A stretch of DNA of 64,000 bases from Hydrolagus affinis. Its lineage: Eukaryota. Numbering within the stretch: position 1 is the first letter of the stretch; each line of letters begins with the position of its first letter. The translations under genes and the position numbers were made by a program. The stretch is from the NCBI GenBank assembly GCA_012026655.1, contig JAAILG010000195.1, forward strand, positions 1 through 64,000, written 5' to 3'. The notes beneath the pieces are model-generated. The model ran no database searches, was not told the origin of the DNA, and saw nothing but the letters and a program-made list of their open reading frames with translations. Shown piece by piece: positions 1-12,174 of the stretch.

Positions 1-300
1 CCCCCAGCTGTCTCTCTCCCCATCCCACCCCCCAGCCGTCTCTCTCCCCTCACCCATTGCATACCTGTATATTGTATTCTAGAACTATGAATACAATATG
101 GCGGCTTTGCACCTCGGTCTGTGCATTGTGTATAGAGATAAGCATTCTGGGTCTTGTAGTTCAGTGTGCGCGCATTCCGATTTTTTCCCTCGATATATCG
201 ATTTTTTGATATATTGATATTTTTGAAATGCCTATATCAGCGTATCGATATGAAAATTATATCGGGTTTTAGCGATATATCGATATATCGCCGGACCCTA
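1..300. mobile_element. Right end of a non-autonomous hAT-like DNA transposon (left part outside the window)
   Basis: Ends in ...GATATATCGATATATCGCCGGACCCTA (reverse complement TAGGGTCCGGCGATATATCG, the TAGGG-type hAT terminus). CpG-rich CGATAT subterminal repeats at about 178-290 and a roughly 28-bp C-rich repeat at 1-55. Abuts a truncated SINE at 301. Confidence 0.7.
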
Positions 301-595
301 CTTCACAGAATATGTTGTAAATTAAATTGACTAGATTTTGTAGGTGAAATGTGGCAGCCAATTGTGCATAGCAGTATACCACAGCTAGTCGTAGATTGGG
401 TGACAAATTAATCTTTTTAAAAGGAATTGTTATCCCTGGAAAAGCGATCTGTCAATCGATTAACAACCATAATCCTACTTACTGCTGGTAAACACCATCA
501 TGTGGAGTAAGAAAACTTGCCCAACGGTTTGCCATGGGGGGAATCATACCCAGCTCTCTCCCTTGTGAGATGAGTGCTCTCACCACTGAGCTACA
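301..595 (-). mobile_element. tRNA-derived SINE, family A, long variant (3' tail cut by the hAT insertion)
   Basis: Minus strand: GTAGCTCAGTGG A-box head, TTGGGCAAGTTT..TTACTCCAC, the internal TTTACCAGCAGTAAGTAGG segment, and CAATTGGCTGCC body shared with more than 10 copies in the window. Confidence 0.85.
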
Positions 596-960
596 TCTTC
601 ATGTGTACGGTATGCAAATTGGAAACAAATATTCTTATTCTGTTGTGGAATCAGCTCAGACTGAGGTCAGACCCAAAGGTTCAACAATTGACCTGAGAGT
701 GTGACGCAGCACCTCAAATGGGTGGCAATGATAACTTTAGTCTTAATATTAAATATATCAAAAATAAGTCCTGATATTTTAGGGATTATGGGTGATAAGA
801 AAATATTATATTACAGGAAACTTCAGAGAAAATTCAGTACAACATCTAAATGCTGACTTGAAATACTGGCCCACAACTCAATTTGGGTTAATAACCCATT
901 AATAAACCCACACAGCCAGTTTTCTGTGCTAGGTGTGAACCCCAGCTTCTCAGACTTTGT

Positions 961-1115
961 CTGCCTGTTCAGGTGGACATTAAAGATCCCATAGCACTAG
1001 TTAAAAATAGAACAGAGTTTCTCTCTTTGTCCTAGCCAACAATCTGCAAAATACAATTGGTCAATCACTTCATGGCTGTCTGTGAGATATTATTGTGTGT
1101 GCAAATTGGCTGTTT
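961..1115 (+). mobile_element. Deu-domain SINE fragment (SacSINE1/AmnSINE1-like)
   Basis: TTCAGGTGGACATTAAAGATCCCATAGCACTA...GTCCTAGCCAAC...GCAAATTGGCTG matches the recalled DeuSINE central domain. Confidence 0.65.
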
Positions 1116-2211
1116 CATTCACCTATAAAAACTTTCCTGAAGTTTTGACATGAAAAGTGGGGTGGGGGTCAAGTTGATTGGAGGCCAGAAGTGGATGGGG
1201 GTGGGGGAGGGGGAGGGAAAAGGTGACTGAAATTTTGGTCAGAAACTTAAGCGAACTCTTAAGTATGTGCATCATGTGAGAATTAGAAAGGAAAGAGTGA
1301 AGCAGAGTTATCCCCTTATCCACTGCACCTTGTTTCGGGTGAACAGATTGTTATAAGACTAATAGCTGTCACATTAACTGAAACTATTTCATCCACTGGA
1401 ACTGTCAAGGTAATGGTGATAATCAAACTAGTTCATTGTAAGTACAGGAAATTACATGAGTTGAGTAATATCATAAAACAGTGTTTAAATATTTTAATTT
1501 AATTTATCAGGACGGGGCTATCGTTTAATTATACATAGAACCATCTCTCATCAGTGGAATTAGTGCATTATTCATTACTGTTAATTATTTTCACATAATA
1601 GCTGCCCTGATATATTTAACCTCAGCATTATATCAAGGCTAATGTGTCTGCAAAATTGAATTGTGGAAGGAGTGTAGTTGTAAAGCTCATTTGCAGATCA
1701 TCATAGGACAAAAATGGAATTTGAATTGGGACATTTGGCCCATCATGGACAGAACATTTGTTTTTGTCTGATTTTTATGCAGAAACAGATTGTACTAAAT
1801 TGGATTCAGGGTGAGTGGGCTGCCTGCAGCTTTAACAACACTGACATCTTTGTTTTATGCCAAGCAGTTCATGTGCATTTCAAACAGATACAGAATCTGA
1901 GTTTTATTTCACTGTCCTACCCTCTGTCTGACAACATAATTACTACAGCCATTTGCACTGGATTGACTTTCACTCTCAAAATGATTTGAGTTCTTGCATG
2001 TCAAATGTGAGAGACCCCTTTTTGTCTCATTTGAAGAATAATTTCCATATAAATTACCGAGAACTTCTGACCTAGACTTGAGCCATTTCTCTTCTTCCCG
2101 TCCTTTCCAAGGATTCCACAGTTACACTCCGACAGTTAGTTCGGTAGCACTCTACCTTTACTGGAGAAAGGCACTCACTCCACATTTAGCCCAATCTATC
2201 AACCCAAAATT

Positions 2212-2856
2212 GGCTGTCAACGTGACTCAATTGAGTTGGTAGGATTCATTCTCCATTGTCACAATGTGAGGCTTGAACCCACAATCCACATTGTGACCTG
2301 ACTTCCTCATCTAGGTTGACATTCTAGTACAGTACCAGGGGCTCGATTGGGCCTGCCCATCCTCTCCGTTCAGCAGGCTCCGGTCTACTCCATGTTTCCC
2401 ACCCGACCCGCCCTACAATTGGTGGCCGGGCTTTCAGCTTCTCTGCCCCCACACTCTGAAACTCCATCCCACAGACCCTTTGCCTCGCTTCCTCCCTTGC
2501 CTCCTTCAATGCCAGTCTCAAAACCCACCTCTCTCCGACATGAAGGGCGCTCTATAAATGCAATTTGTTGTTGTTGTTGATGATGTATTGCCATCCCTTG
2601 GATAAGATGTAAAAGTGAGATTTCCCAGGTGGATATTAAAGTTTATTCCATAGCAATATAAGAAAAGTGTGCTAGCCAACAATCTTCTTGACTAATCATT
2701 CAACTCTTATGATTGTGAGATTTTGCAATGTACAAAATGGCTGCCATATTTGCCTATTAAAAAAAACAGTCAATATCCTTGACAATAGCTATGTCAAGTA
2801 TTTTGGGACTTCTGGCATATACGATTCTATAGAGATGCGTGGTCTTTCTTTCTTTC
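2212..2856 (+). mobile_element. Old Deu-domain SINE interrupted by an L2 fragment (2341-2579)
   Basis: ATCTAGGTTGACATTCTAGTACAGTAC before the L2; GGATAAGATGTAAAA, CAGGTGGATATTAAAG, AAATGGCTGCC and a (TTTC)n end after it. Confidence 0.55.
2341..2579 (+). mobile_element. L2 LINE 3' fragment
   Basis: Degenerate ORF2 C-terminus (IGGRAFSFSAPTL*NSIP...LKTHL), then GGCGCTCTATAAATGCAA and a (TTG)n tail. Confidence 0.85.
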
Positions 2857-2906
2857 AATCCCTGCAAAGTCTGATCCCTATTTGTTAAAGCTGCTCACTA
2901 CTACTT

Positions 2907-2939
2907 GTGGAGTCCTGTAGCTCAGTGGTTAGAGCACTC
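2907..2939 (+). mobile_element. Isolated tRNA-like head of SINE family A
   Basis: GTGGAGTCCTGTAGCTCAGTGGTTAGAGCACTC matches the 5' end of the family A copies at 16342 and 20817; the body is absent. Confidence 0.7.
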
Positions 2940-2957
2940 AACAATAACAACAAAATT

Positions 2958-3265
2958 ACAATCATGTTTCCGTTTGTGTTCTCAAACTAATTTTCCCATT
3001 TTCATGTTCTCGCACTTGTGTTCTCAATCATATTCTCATTCATGTTTTCACACTTGTGTTCTCATTTGTGTTTGCACATTTTTGTTCTCACAATCACGTT
3101 TCCATTTGTGTTCTCAAACTGATTTTCCCACTTTCATGTTCTCGCACTTGTGTTCTCAGTCATATTCTCACACTAATATTCTCATTCATGTTCTCACACT
3201 CGTGTTCTCAGTTGTGTTTGCACATTTTTGTTCTTACAAATGTTATCACATACATGTTTCACCAC
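2958..3265. repeat. Two-copy higher-order tandem repeat (132 and 146 bp units) made of short GTGTTCTCA-like subunits
   Basis: Unit 1 (2958-3089) and unit 2 (3090-3235) are nearly identical; unit 2 has an extra 14-nt subunit. Confidence 0.85.
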
Positions 3266-4699
3266 CATGAATAATTTAATTGTTCCCATAAATTCAGGCA
3301 AACTTTTATTTTTTTTGTGTCGTGGTCGTTAACACTTGGTTGTCTGTCTCTGGGTAGATGTGCTTGGCAAAAACAGATAGGTTTGTAGCAATCCAAGGCA
3401 TTTATTGATAGTTGACTAAACTGTTTGGCTCATCAAAGGGACTTGGAGATGTAGACACATCCTCAGCTTTGCAAGTCAAAGCCCTATTGGATTGGACTGA
3501 CTGACTGGATATGGACAAATACTATGAAGTGTCGCAATGCTTTGTGCCGTAAGCAGTGCGATTATTATTATTATTATATTTGTCAAACATCACACTGAAC
3601 GTGACAGGTTTCCTATGCTCCCGTATGCCATGTTCTTTTAAAGCAGGTACAACCACTTCTGGACAAGGAACCATGGGAAGCTTTATCCTGTTTTTATTTA
3701 TTCATAAACTTGACATTCACCATCATGCAAAATTTAAATTGTTACCTTGTACCAGCCACATTACTTCACAAAGAGAGTCCTTGAAGTATCCAAAGCCCTG
3801 AGTGTGGACAAGACTCAAGAGCAGTCATTAAAATGTGCGTAACCACGGCTTCCAACTACAGTATATGTTCTTTGCTGAGTAAACAGGTGCATAGAGGAAG
3901 ATCAGAAAGCTCATGTACTCAGTGAAAAAAAATTATGTGACCCACCAGTCAGTTGTATAGTTGTTAGAAATAACATATACATTCATTTGTAATGTTAAAA
4001 ACCTATTCTTCTCTCACTCTCGTGACTTTAGTAAGATTAGTAAGAAAAATAACATATTATGCAAAGTAACTGCTACTCCTGATTGCAGTGCTTGCAGTGC
4101 TCTGACACATTATCCTTCATACTTGAAGGACACAATGTACATGAAAGCTGTTCTTGTTATATTTACTGTAAAAGTGAAAACTCCAAATCAGTCAGTAGTT
4201 AAAACATTTTTCATAATTTTTTTAAATAAAATTATATAGGAAAAAATTATGAGTCATTTGGACACATCTGTCTTCAACCAATGAGCATTATATTTTTCTC
4301 AGCTAAAATAGCTAAAGCAAGGAAATAACATCCACCTGATAATATTGGGACTGAATTTGTTTTTAACTACTTTCAGAATACATGTTCCAATAGGTTATTT
4401 TCTGGAAGCCAAAAAAATCAATGCAAAGTTTTCTATTTTTTCTGCTGCAAACATAACGGACCAAAATTCTTCTGTTAATAATGAACATGGGCATATGGGG
4501 AAGTGGAGTTTCTGAAGTAAGTCTGATAAATTGAAATAGGGAGCAACATTCCTCAATGTCTGTTGTGAGAAATGGGTTTTGCTTATGTTGAAAATCTACG
4601 CAGCCTATAAAGATACACCTTCAGTAAAATAAATGAGCATCTCTGGTAGTAGCAACAGTTGAGCTAATCTAACCATAAAGCATTGAGTGTTTAGAAGCA

Positions 4700-4985
4700 A
4701 CAGAACATGTTATATTCCCTGAAGCTGGGAAGGTGATCTGATTGAGGCCTTCAAAACAGTGAGGGTAATTGACAAGCTAGGTAGAGGGGTGCAAAACAAA
4801 GTGGGGGATAATCTAAAATTCGGGGATAAACAGAATAGAATTGAGCTCAAAAAACATTTCAGCCCATAAAGAATTGTGGAAATGTGGAGCAAAAGGCATC
4901 AATTGTGATGTCTCAAAGAGAGATAGATATGTGGGTAGTACGGGTATTTAAGGGAAATGGCCAACAGAAAAGGAAATTGGATAAA
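4700..4985 (+). mobile_element. Degraded CR1 LINE ORF2 C-terminal fragment
   Basis: GGTGATCTGATTGAGGCCTTCAAA (GDLIEAFK) followed by a GTGGAAATGTGG RVV..WN-like segment typical of the CR1 3' end. Confidence 0.65.
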
Positions 4986-5381
4986 AAGAATTGCCATTAT
5001 CTAATAAAACTCTTGACTGGTTAAGAAAAACTATACAGCATGGAAACAGGCCACTTGGCCTAACCAATACGGGCCAATGTTTATACTCGAGTCTTCACCT
5101 GTTCCTTACTCCCTCTATACCCTTCTATTGTCATCTCCCTCTTGTGAAGGGTGAATGGGTTCCTCTTGTTCCTATGTTCCAAAATTTGAGGAAACCATGG
5201 CACATATACACATGCTAACTTCTAACAATATGCTCTGTATAGTCATAATCACTTTTCAAAGAAATAATGTTTGCAGCAAACATTTGTCTACAAGATACTT
5301 ATAATCAGTTTCCTGCAGTTGGAAGCCAAAGTGAATATTTAGTCATCATTGATCACATTTGCCTGGTGGTGTTTGTAAATG

Positions 5382-5682
5382 TTTCCCCTCCTAATGGAAT
5401 TGATTCACACTGAGATTCCGACCCACGTAGCCATGAATCTGTGATACTAGAGAGTGAGTGCCAGTTAGTTGTTTGATAGTCATCGTCCACACACCTGAAC
5501 TTTACAGTAGCAGTCACTGGATACCTATCAGATGTAGGAATTTTGGCAGAGTTTTCTAATATTTCAGCTCAGGACTCTGGCCAATTGTTGCACCTTAAAC
5601 TGCTGTGATCAACAAACTCAGGATTCGAACCTTCAGCTTCCAGTCAGCACAATTTAGCGTTACACTGAACAGTGCCTTTTTC
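5382..5682 (-). mobile_element. Ancient AmnSINE2-like SINE relic
   Basis: Minus strand: GGTTCGAATCC B-box, CTGAGTTTGTTGATCACAGC, ACAATTGGCC, TATCCAGTGAC..CTACTGTAAAGT, GTGTGTGGACG and AGGAGGGGAAA, in the same order as the recalled AmnSINE2 consensus. Confidence 0.6.
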
Positions 5683-5967
5683 CACAAATATGTTTAAAAA
5701 AAAAGTAAATAAGGTGGTTCTTCAGGGTTTTGTGATTTCTGTTCAGGTGGTAATCATTTGACATTGAGTAGAGATCACTCAACAAAGACAAAAATTGTGT
5801 TTTTCAGGTAAGCACTGAAGATGATAGGATCTAAAATGCAAGAGGAGGTTGTGACCTGAATTTGCTAACACTGGTCCTGCCAGGAGTTGGATATGTGCCA
5901 TATCACCAGCAGGAATTCCACAGTAATAGGGTTTTGTTCTGGCCAGCAATCCTGCAGTTTACAAAAT

Positions 5968-6135
5968 GGTCATTTCGTTCATAGCTGTTTGTGTGGCATA
6001 ACTGTAAGAAACTTAGCAGCTGCATTCACCTACAAATACAATCCCTACATTTTACAGTATATACTGTATTGTGTCAAGCTCTTTTGGACATTTTGACGTA
6101 ACAATGCGCTGTATCAAACCTAAGGATTATTTTTA
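5968..6135 (+). mobile_element. SINE 3' half (Deu/family A-type tail)
   Basis: GGTCATT..CTGTTTGTG..TTTACAGTATA..GCGCTGTATCAAA..GGATTATT. Confidence 0.6.
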
Positions 6136-6501
6136 GTATTAACACTATGCTGTAATTCCTGTAATTGCTAACATTCATCTTATCGAACAAAACAACAAAG
6201 AAGGCATTTATGCAATATGAATATGTACTACAAACTGCAATCCTTGTGCCCTTTTGACATTGGTTTATACCTCACAAATCATCTGAGAGCATTGTAGTGA
6301 TCCTTGATTTTCTGATTAGGCATTCTGTGCTCTAGAAAGCCTAATCTTGTTAAACGCCTGCTCAGAAAACTGAAAGTTAATCTGTTCCCAGAGGTCCAAC
6401 TGGTATGTACAATAAAACAAAATTGTCATTTGCGTAGTGCATTTCAGATTGAGCAAATTTCAAAGCAACTGGCAGGAAGGCTGGAAGTGGGATTTGAGGA
6501 T

Positions 6502-8075
6502 CTATGCCCCTATTTATAAAGCCTAGTGGTCCCAATACTCACCCCTGGGGACATAATTACACACTTCCCTCCAGTCAGAAAAACAACTGTTCACCACCAC
6601 TCTCCAATTTCTGTCTCCCAGCTAGTTCAATATCCATTGTCCCTTCAATACCATGGGCTTCTATTTTGCATATAAGTCCCTTATATGGCACTTTATCAAG
6701 CACCTTTTAAAAATCCACATAAACTGCATCAACTTCATGATCTTCATCCATCCTTTCCCTTACTTCATCAAAAAACTCCATCAAGTTTGTTAGACCAGAT
6801 TTGCCTTTAACAAATCTGTGTTGGCTATCCTTTATTAACCCATATTTTTCTAAGTGAAATATTATTTTATCCTAGATTATAGACTCTACAACATTATTTC
6901 CACCCTTACTTCGCTCAGTAAGCTAGCATGCATCCCATCTGGACCTGGTGACTTACCTACTTTGAGCACCAATAACATTTCAGTTTATTCTTATCTTATC
7001 CAATTTCTCTACCCACTTTTCCAATATTGTGGCATTAGCTGCATCCTCTTCTTTTGTGAAGACAAATGCAATGTTCTCATTCAATATGTCAGCCAGTCCA
7101 TCTGTCTCCACAAGAAGATTTCCTCTTTCGTCCCTAATTGGACCCACCCTACCCTTGACTAACCATTTAGCTGTGTTACCTGCCAATGCTTCTTTCCTGT
7201 CCACCTAGGCTAGGTTCCTTTTTAACTCACCGGTATTAGCCCTCTTCCAGTTGAGCATTTTCACTTTGATTATTCCTTGTCCCTTTCCACAAGCACTCCA
7301 AACCTAATGATGTTGTTCAGATGCGTTCCTCCTGAAACCCCCGTCATGTGCCTCACTTCCTTCCCCAGAACTAGATCCAGAACTGCTTCCATCCTCGTTG
7401 GATGATCCAGAAAGTTATCCTGCACATACGTCAGAAATCCTTTCCCTTCCTTGCCCTGTACACTATTATTTTGCCAATCTATGTTAGGATAATTGAAGTC
7501 CCCCATTAATACTATATTGGTTTTGCATCTTTCTGAAATTTGCTTGCAGATTTGCTCATCACCTCCTTCCCACTATTGTTGACCTATCTAACAGAATAAC
7601 AAGTTTTTTTCTGCTCTTTAATGCTAACTTATAGCATTAAATACAAATAATGCAGATTCTTTTTTGGACCCTCCAGCACATCTTCCCAATCCAGGGCAAT
7701 AACTGGGCCTTTAATTAATAATGCCACCACTCCTTTTTTTTCACTTTCCTATCCCTCTTGAATACATTGTAACCAGGAATATTCAGCTCCATTATTGCCA
7801 CTCATCATAACCCCATGTGGCAACTTCAGCCTGCAGCTCACCAATCTTATTTTTCACACTCTGTGCATTTACGCACATGCACTCCAAGACTGACTGAGTC
7901 TGCTCTCCATGTCTCCCCCGTCCAATCCTTCCTTGTCTGGATGACTCCTTACTACATTGCTATTTGTCTCTCCCAGCCCTCTATGTACAGCAATTCGTTT
8001 GTCCTCCCTGTTGACACATCCTGATTCTCTTCCCCCTCAAAATTAGTTTAAACCCTTCCTCACAGCTTTAGTTAA
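6502..8075 (-). mobile_element. CR1 LINE internal fragment (end of ORF1, endonuclease and part of RT), degraded
   Basis: Minus-strand translations: MGDFNYPNIDW..FL..VQDNFL..PTR.EAVLDLVL (APE domain, 7270-7506); VGPIRDERG...ADILNE..AFVFTKE (6980-7204); an RT VD..Y.DF.K..DKVP-like motif near 6680-6740. Multiple stops and deletions. Confidence 0.9.
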
Positions 8076-11000
8076 TGGTTGTCTGTTGATGGTTAATTAA
8101 ACTGCACCGTTGCCCTTCCTTGATGAACAATTGAAAACCAGCTTCCGACTTCTTTGAAAATCACAGTGTGTAGCATTGGAGTTAGGCAATAGATTGCTAT
8201 TATAGGATGGAGATGCAACATTAATTGAGTTTTCATTGCAACACCTTGTGCCTTCACATCAAAATCCTGTACCTAGTATTAGTGGACATTCATAGTTTTA
8301 TATAGTACCACACACCACTACAAAACATACTTTCAGGCACGAGTAGACTATATGTCCATCTGGCCTACACATTCAATTTTCAAAAGACTCCTTGAATGCA
8401 TCTATTTCATGACCAAATAACCCTGAATCTATTTAATTTAATGTGTGTATTTGTTTTTACTAAAACAAATCCTCCTGCATTTTCGATTCTTTTTCTATTT
8501 GCCTAAGTTTTCCGAGACACTACTATCCCATGTGACAGCGGCTATATAAATGCAGGTTGTTGTTGTAGTTTGAATCTTATATTATAAATTACCCCAAGTA
8601 TCTAAGCCTTTTGTCTCAGAGAATGAAGATAGTTTGGAAGTAACTGAAGCTTGTCGGTCTCGAATACTCTCTCAGATTTAGTAAGTTCCACATTATTTCA
8701 TATAATTTGGTAGGGTTTTGGAAAGAATGGTGCATCTCTGCATTGAGAAAGTTTATATATAAGCATGCTTTCCAAGTCTGGAGTCCACAGGATTTGGATT
8801 GATGTTTCCTGCTTTCTCATTTGTTTAAAGATTTTAGAAGTGAAGGTTATGTGCTGCAGATTATCTCAACCACCCTGTAGTTAAAATTTGTAGTACACTT
8901 TCTATGTTGGAAACATTTATGTGCTCATCAAAGAAAGGAATGGCGGTACTAGCGAATGAAAATGTAATACTCTGCACTTCTAGGTCAGACAGACCATGGG
9001 CAAGTAAAGAGCTAAGCTAACTTATTTTGTCCATAAATATACCATAATCCCAAACACAGAAGAGCACCCTACTTTAACAACATAAACTTTGCACCTCTTT
9101 ATGTCATTTCTGAGTGTGAGTGTCCATTAATATTGAATCATGGACAGTTTTGTGCTCAAACCCTCATTCACTAGGGAACTGGTTTGAAATTTCTCAAACT
9201 CAGTTCACGTCAAACCATATAGCAAAAATGAAGGAGTTTTTCATTCCATCACCTCAATCTATAGTCAAACCCAGAGATAAAATGATAAGATCGTTACCGA
9301 TTGTTTTCTATTGATTGATTTTTGTAGCTTCTATGCCAAATGCATAACTTAGTCTATCTATAATTACAGTTCTAAATATATTTAATTGTGAGCTGCCATG
9401 AGCCTCCGTCCTATTCTCTCCAAATTTATTACTTTAAAAAAAAACTGTGGCATAAATTTGACTATAACCCGCTATACGATTGCTAGCAATTCAAAGAGAA
9501 TTTGTATTACACATTCATTGTGTGACAGAAGACTTGAAGAGCTGCATGGTCACTTGAAATAGATGTGTGGATTGGGTGACAAGTGACCTAATGCATTGTC
9601 TTGGACTTAAGTACTGTACTGGGTATATTGATTTAGGAGGTGAAATATTTCTTCAGTCGGAGCAATCAATTTAAGAAGAGAGTGCTGTGAAGTCTCTATC
9701 TGAAAAGCCACTGCACCATAGATTGCTAGTGTATTCAATAGAATCCAGCAGCATCCAATGATAGAAACAGTGATATCTAGGGAATAAAGTTAGATTTCTT
9801 ATAGAACTAATAGAAATGGTAATTTCACCAGTTGAGGTGTGTCATCCTCTTTATCAGGGAAATAACTATTTCAATTCCCAGTAATACTAAAGTGAATTTG
9901 ATCTTTAGTATACCAGCAGAATACTTCTTATTGGATAGAATGTGTAAGGTAGTACAGTACTGCATTATTTGAATCCATCATGAAATCTAAAGAATGCAAA
10001 CAAATGACTAGATTACTATAAACCTTCTGCATTTTGTGCATACCTTCAGTTTAAATTATGATGATATGGTTGCAAATGTGTCTGAATATAGAAAAAATGG
10101 ATGTATCAAGATGTTATTCTGTTTGTTATCTTTGCCTTTTGTTTTTGAAGATAATACAATAATCATTTGTGAATTTGCCCTAAGGTTATAAAGCAGATCT
10201 ACAATTCCGCTCACATTACCTTTTTGCAACAACAATAGAATTCTATGTAAAACATACATTAATGGTTAAAAAATTAAATCTCTATAAGCACACAATGAAA
10301 TTACTGAAGAGTGATGTCTTTACTTCTAAACCCTTTGGATTGAGCTCTGCAATTTTATGAAAGATGAAGTCAGAAGGCGATAAACCTAGAGTCTTATGCA
10401 TGTTTTTATACATGAGTTCAGATCATATTAATTCTCGAATATTATAATCTTTAAAGGCAATTGCTCAGAAAATATGAGAATTCATTGTAATTGCCATGTA
10501 AATTAGCAGGCACACTTGAAAGCAATTACTTTATGTGTATATTCTTGAAATATATAATGGTCATATTATTGATGTCCTTTGGTTTGTGGAAAACTTGTAT
10601 AGTATCATAACGTGCCTGCTCCCAGAGATGAAGACACTGTATTGTACTGCAAAAAACATTTTGCTGTAATTTTGAATCAGTAGATTCTGTACGAATATAG
10701 GTAATGCATTTTGGGGTTCCTGGCAATACACTATACATATACTTATGGCCACTTAACTCTGTCCAATTATCTTTTATAGCTGCTATTAATATGAATGATT
10801 TCCCTGACTAACATCAGCTCTGAGCTGCACTTTGATAATTCCGTTTTGACAGTCCTTTCCTGTTACAGAAGTTGCACAAGTTTCTCTTTAATGATCTCTA
10901 GGTCTTCTTAAACATATGCTTACAGTGCCTATGATGACCAACCACCATTATCCAGCTCACTATTAAGCTTCGGTGCTTGTAAGCGCTTTGAGATACTACC

Positions 11001-11157
11001 CTAGTTGAAGGGTGCTACACAAATGTGAATTGTCGTTAAGCGCTATTGGGCTTTGCATCTTTACTACAAATGATTTTTTTGCTGACTAATTGGTTTGCAC
11101 ATTCTTTTCAGATTCCATTTGTGTTTCTGCACATGGTTACACTTTTGCAAAAAAAAA

Positions 11158-11700
11158 ACCTCCTCTCCGGTCTCCCCTCCACCACAATCCACAAAATCCA
11201 GCTAATACAAAACTCTGCTGCCCGCATACTCACCCGCTCTAAGCTTCGCTCCCCCATTAGCCCAGTCCTTGCCAGACTTCACTAGCTCCCTATCCCAGAG
11301 AGAATCGACTTCAAGATCCTCACCCTTGTTTTCAAATCCCTCCACTCCTCTGCACCCCCCTATCTCTCTGATCTCCTCTCCCCCCAAACCAGCACCCGCT
11401 GCCTTCGCTCCTCTGGGTCTGGCCTCCTCCATGTCCCCCGAATCCTCTGCTTCACCCTCGGCGGCCGTGTCTTCAGCCACTACGCCCCGAGGCTCTGGAA
11501 CTCCCTTCCTCACTCCCTTCACCTTGCCCCCTCTCTTCCCAGTTTCAGGTCACAGCTGAAGACCTTTCTCTTCGACCGTGCTTTTGGTCTCCTTTCTGCC
11601 CCTGCCCCTGGCTTGGTCCCGGGATCCGCTATTGTAAAGCACTCTGAGACGCCGTCCAGTGTGGAGGACGCTATATAAATCAAAGTTGTTGTTGTTGTTG
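11158..11700 (+). mobile_element. 5'-truncated, relatively young L2 LINE (ORF2 C-terminus plus (GTT)n tail)
   Basis: One frame reads LLSGLP..IHKIQLIQNSAARILT..ISPVLARLH*LPIPERIDFKIL..APPYLSDLL..GGRVFSHYAPRLWNSLP..LKTFLF with a single stop (TGG>TAG at 11283). Ends GCTATATAAATCAAAG(TTG)n. Confidence 0.95.
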
Positions 11701-12174
11701 GTTAGCAGATGAATGAGGCAACTGATTTGTGCATAGTAATGTGCCACAAACAGATACACCTAATTTAACTAAAAAGTCATTTTAACAATCTAAAGAGATC
11801 TAGTTTAGAAGATGAGTAAAGTAAACTCCTGATAACTCAACGCTGGCTTAACTTGCCATGACCACTTAGATCATCTGGCTGTCAATATCTCATATGTATT
11901 TATTTATGTATTAATACCCATGCCTAATTTGCCCCTCCACATAACCCATCATTGAGTCTGTTTCCCTTGCTTTGAAGGATTATCATGGTTTACTATAATG
12001 GATTTCCTATTGCTGATACTTCTGGACCAATTTATTGACACTGATCTCTTTCTAGGAAATGTTAACATTTATCAATTTGTTTTTACTAATCTTGAGATGT
12101 GGATCTGCTGGCAGGATATTTATTGTTCATCCCTAGTTATCCTGATCGAGTGGTCTTTAGACCATTTTTTTAGC

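Noticed and set aside
2958-3265. CRISPR-like periodicity
   Set aside because: Eukaryotic context and no unique spacers; it is a tandem duplication.
11202-11559. 106-aa and 96-aa ORFs
   Set aside because: They are the antisense and alternative frames of the L2 ORF2 fragment.
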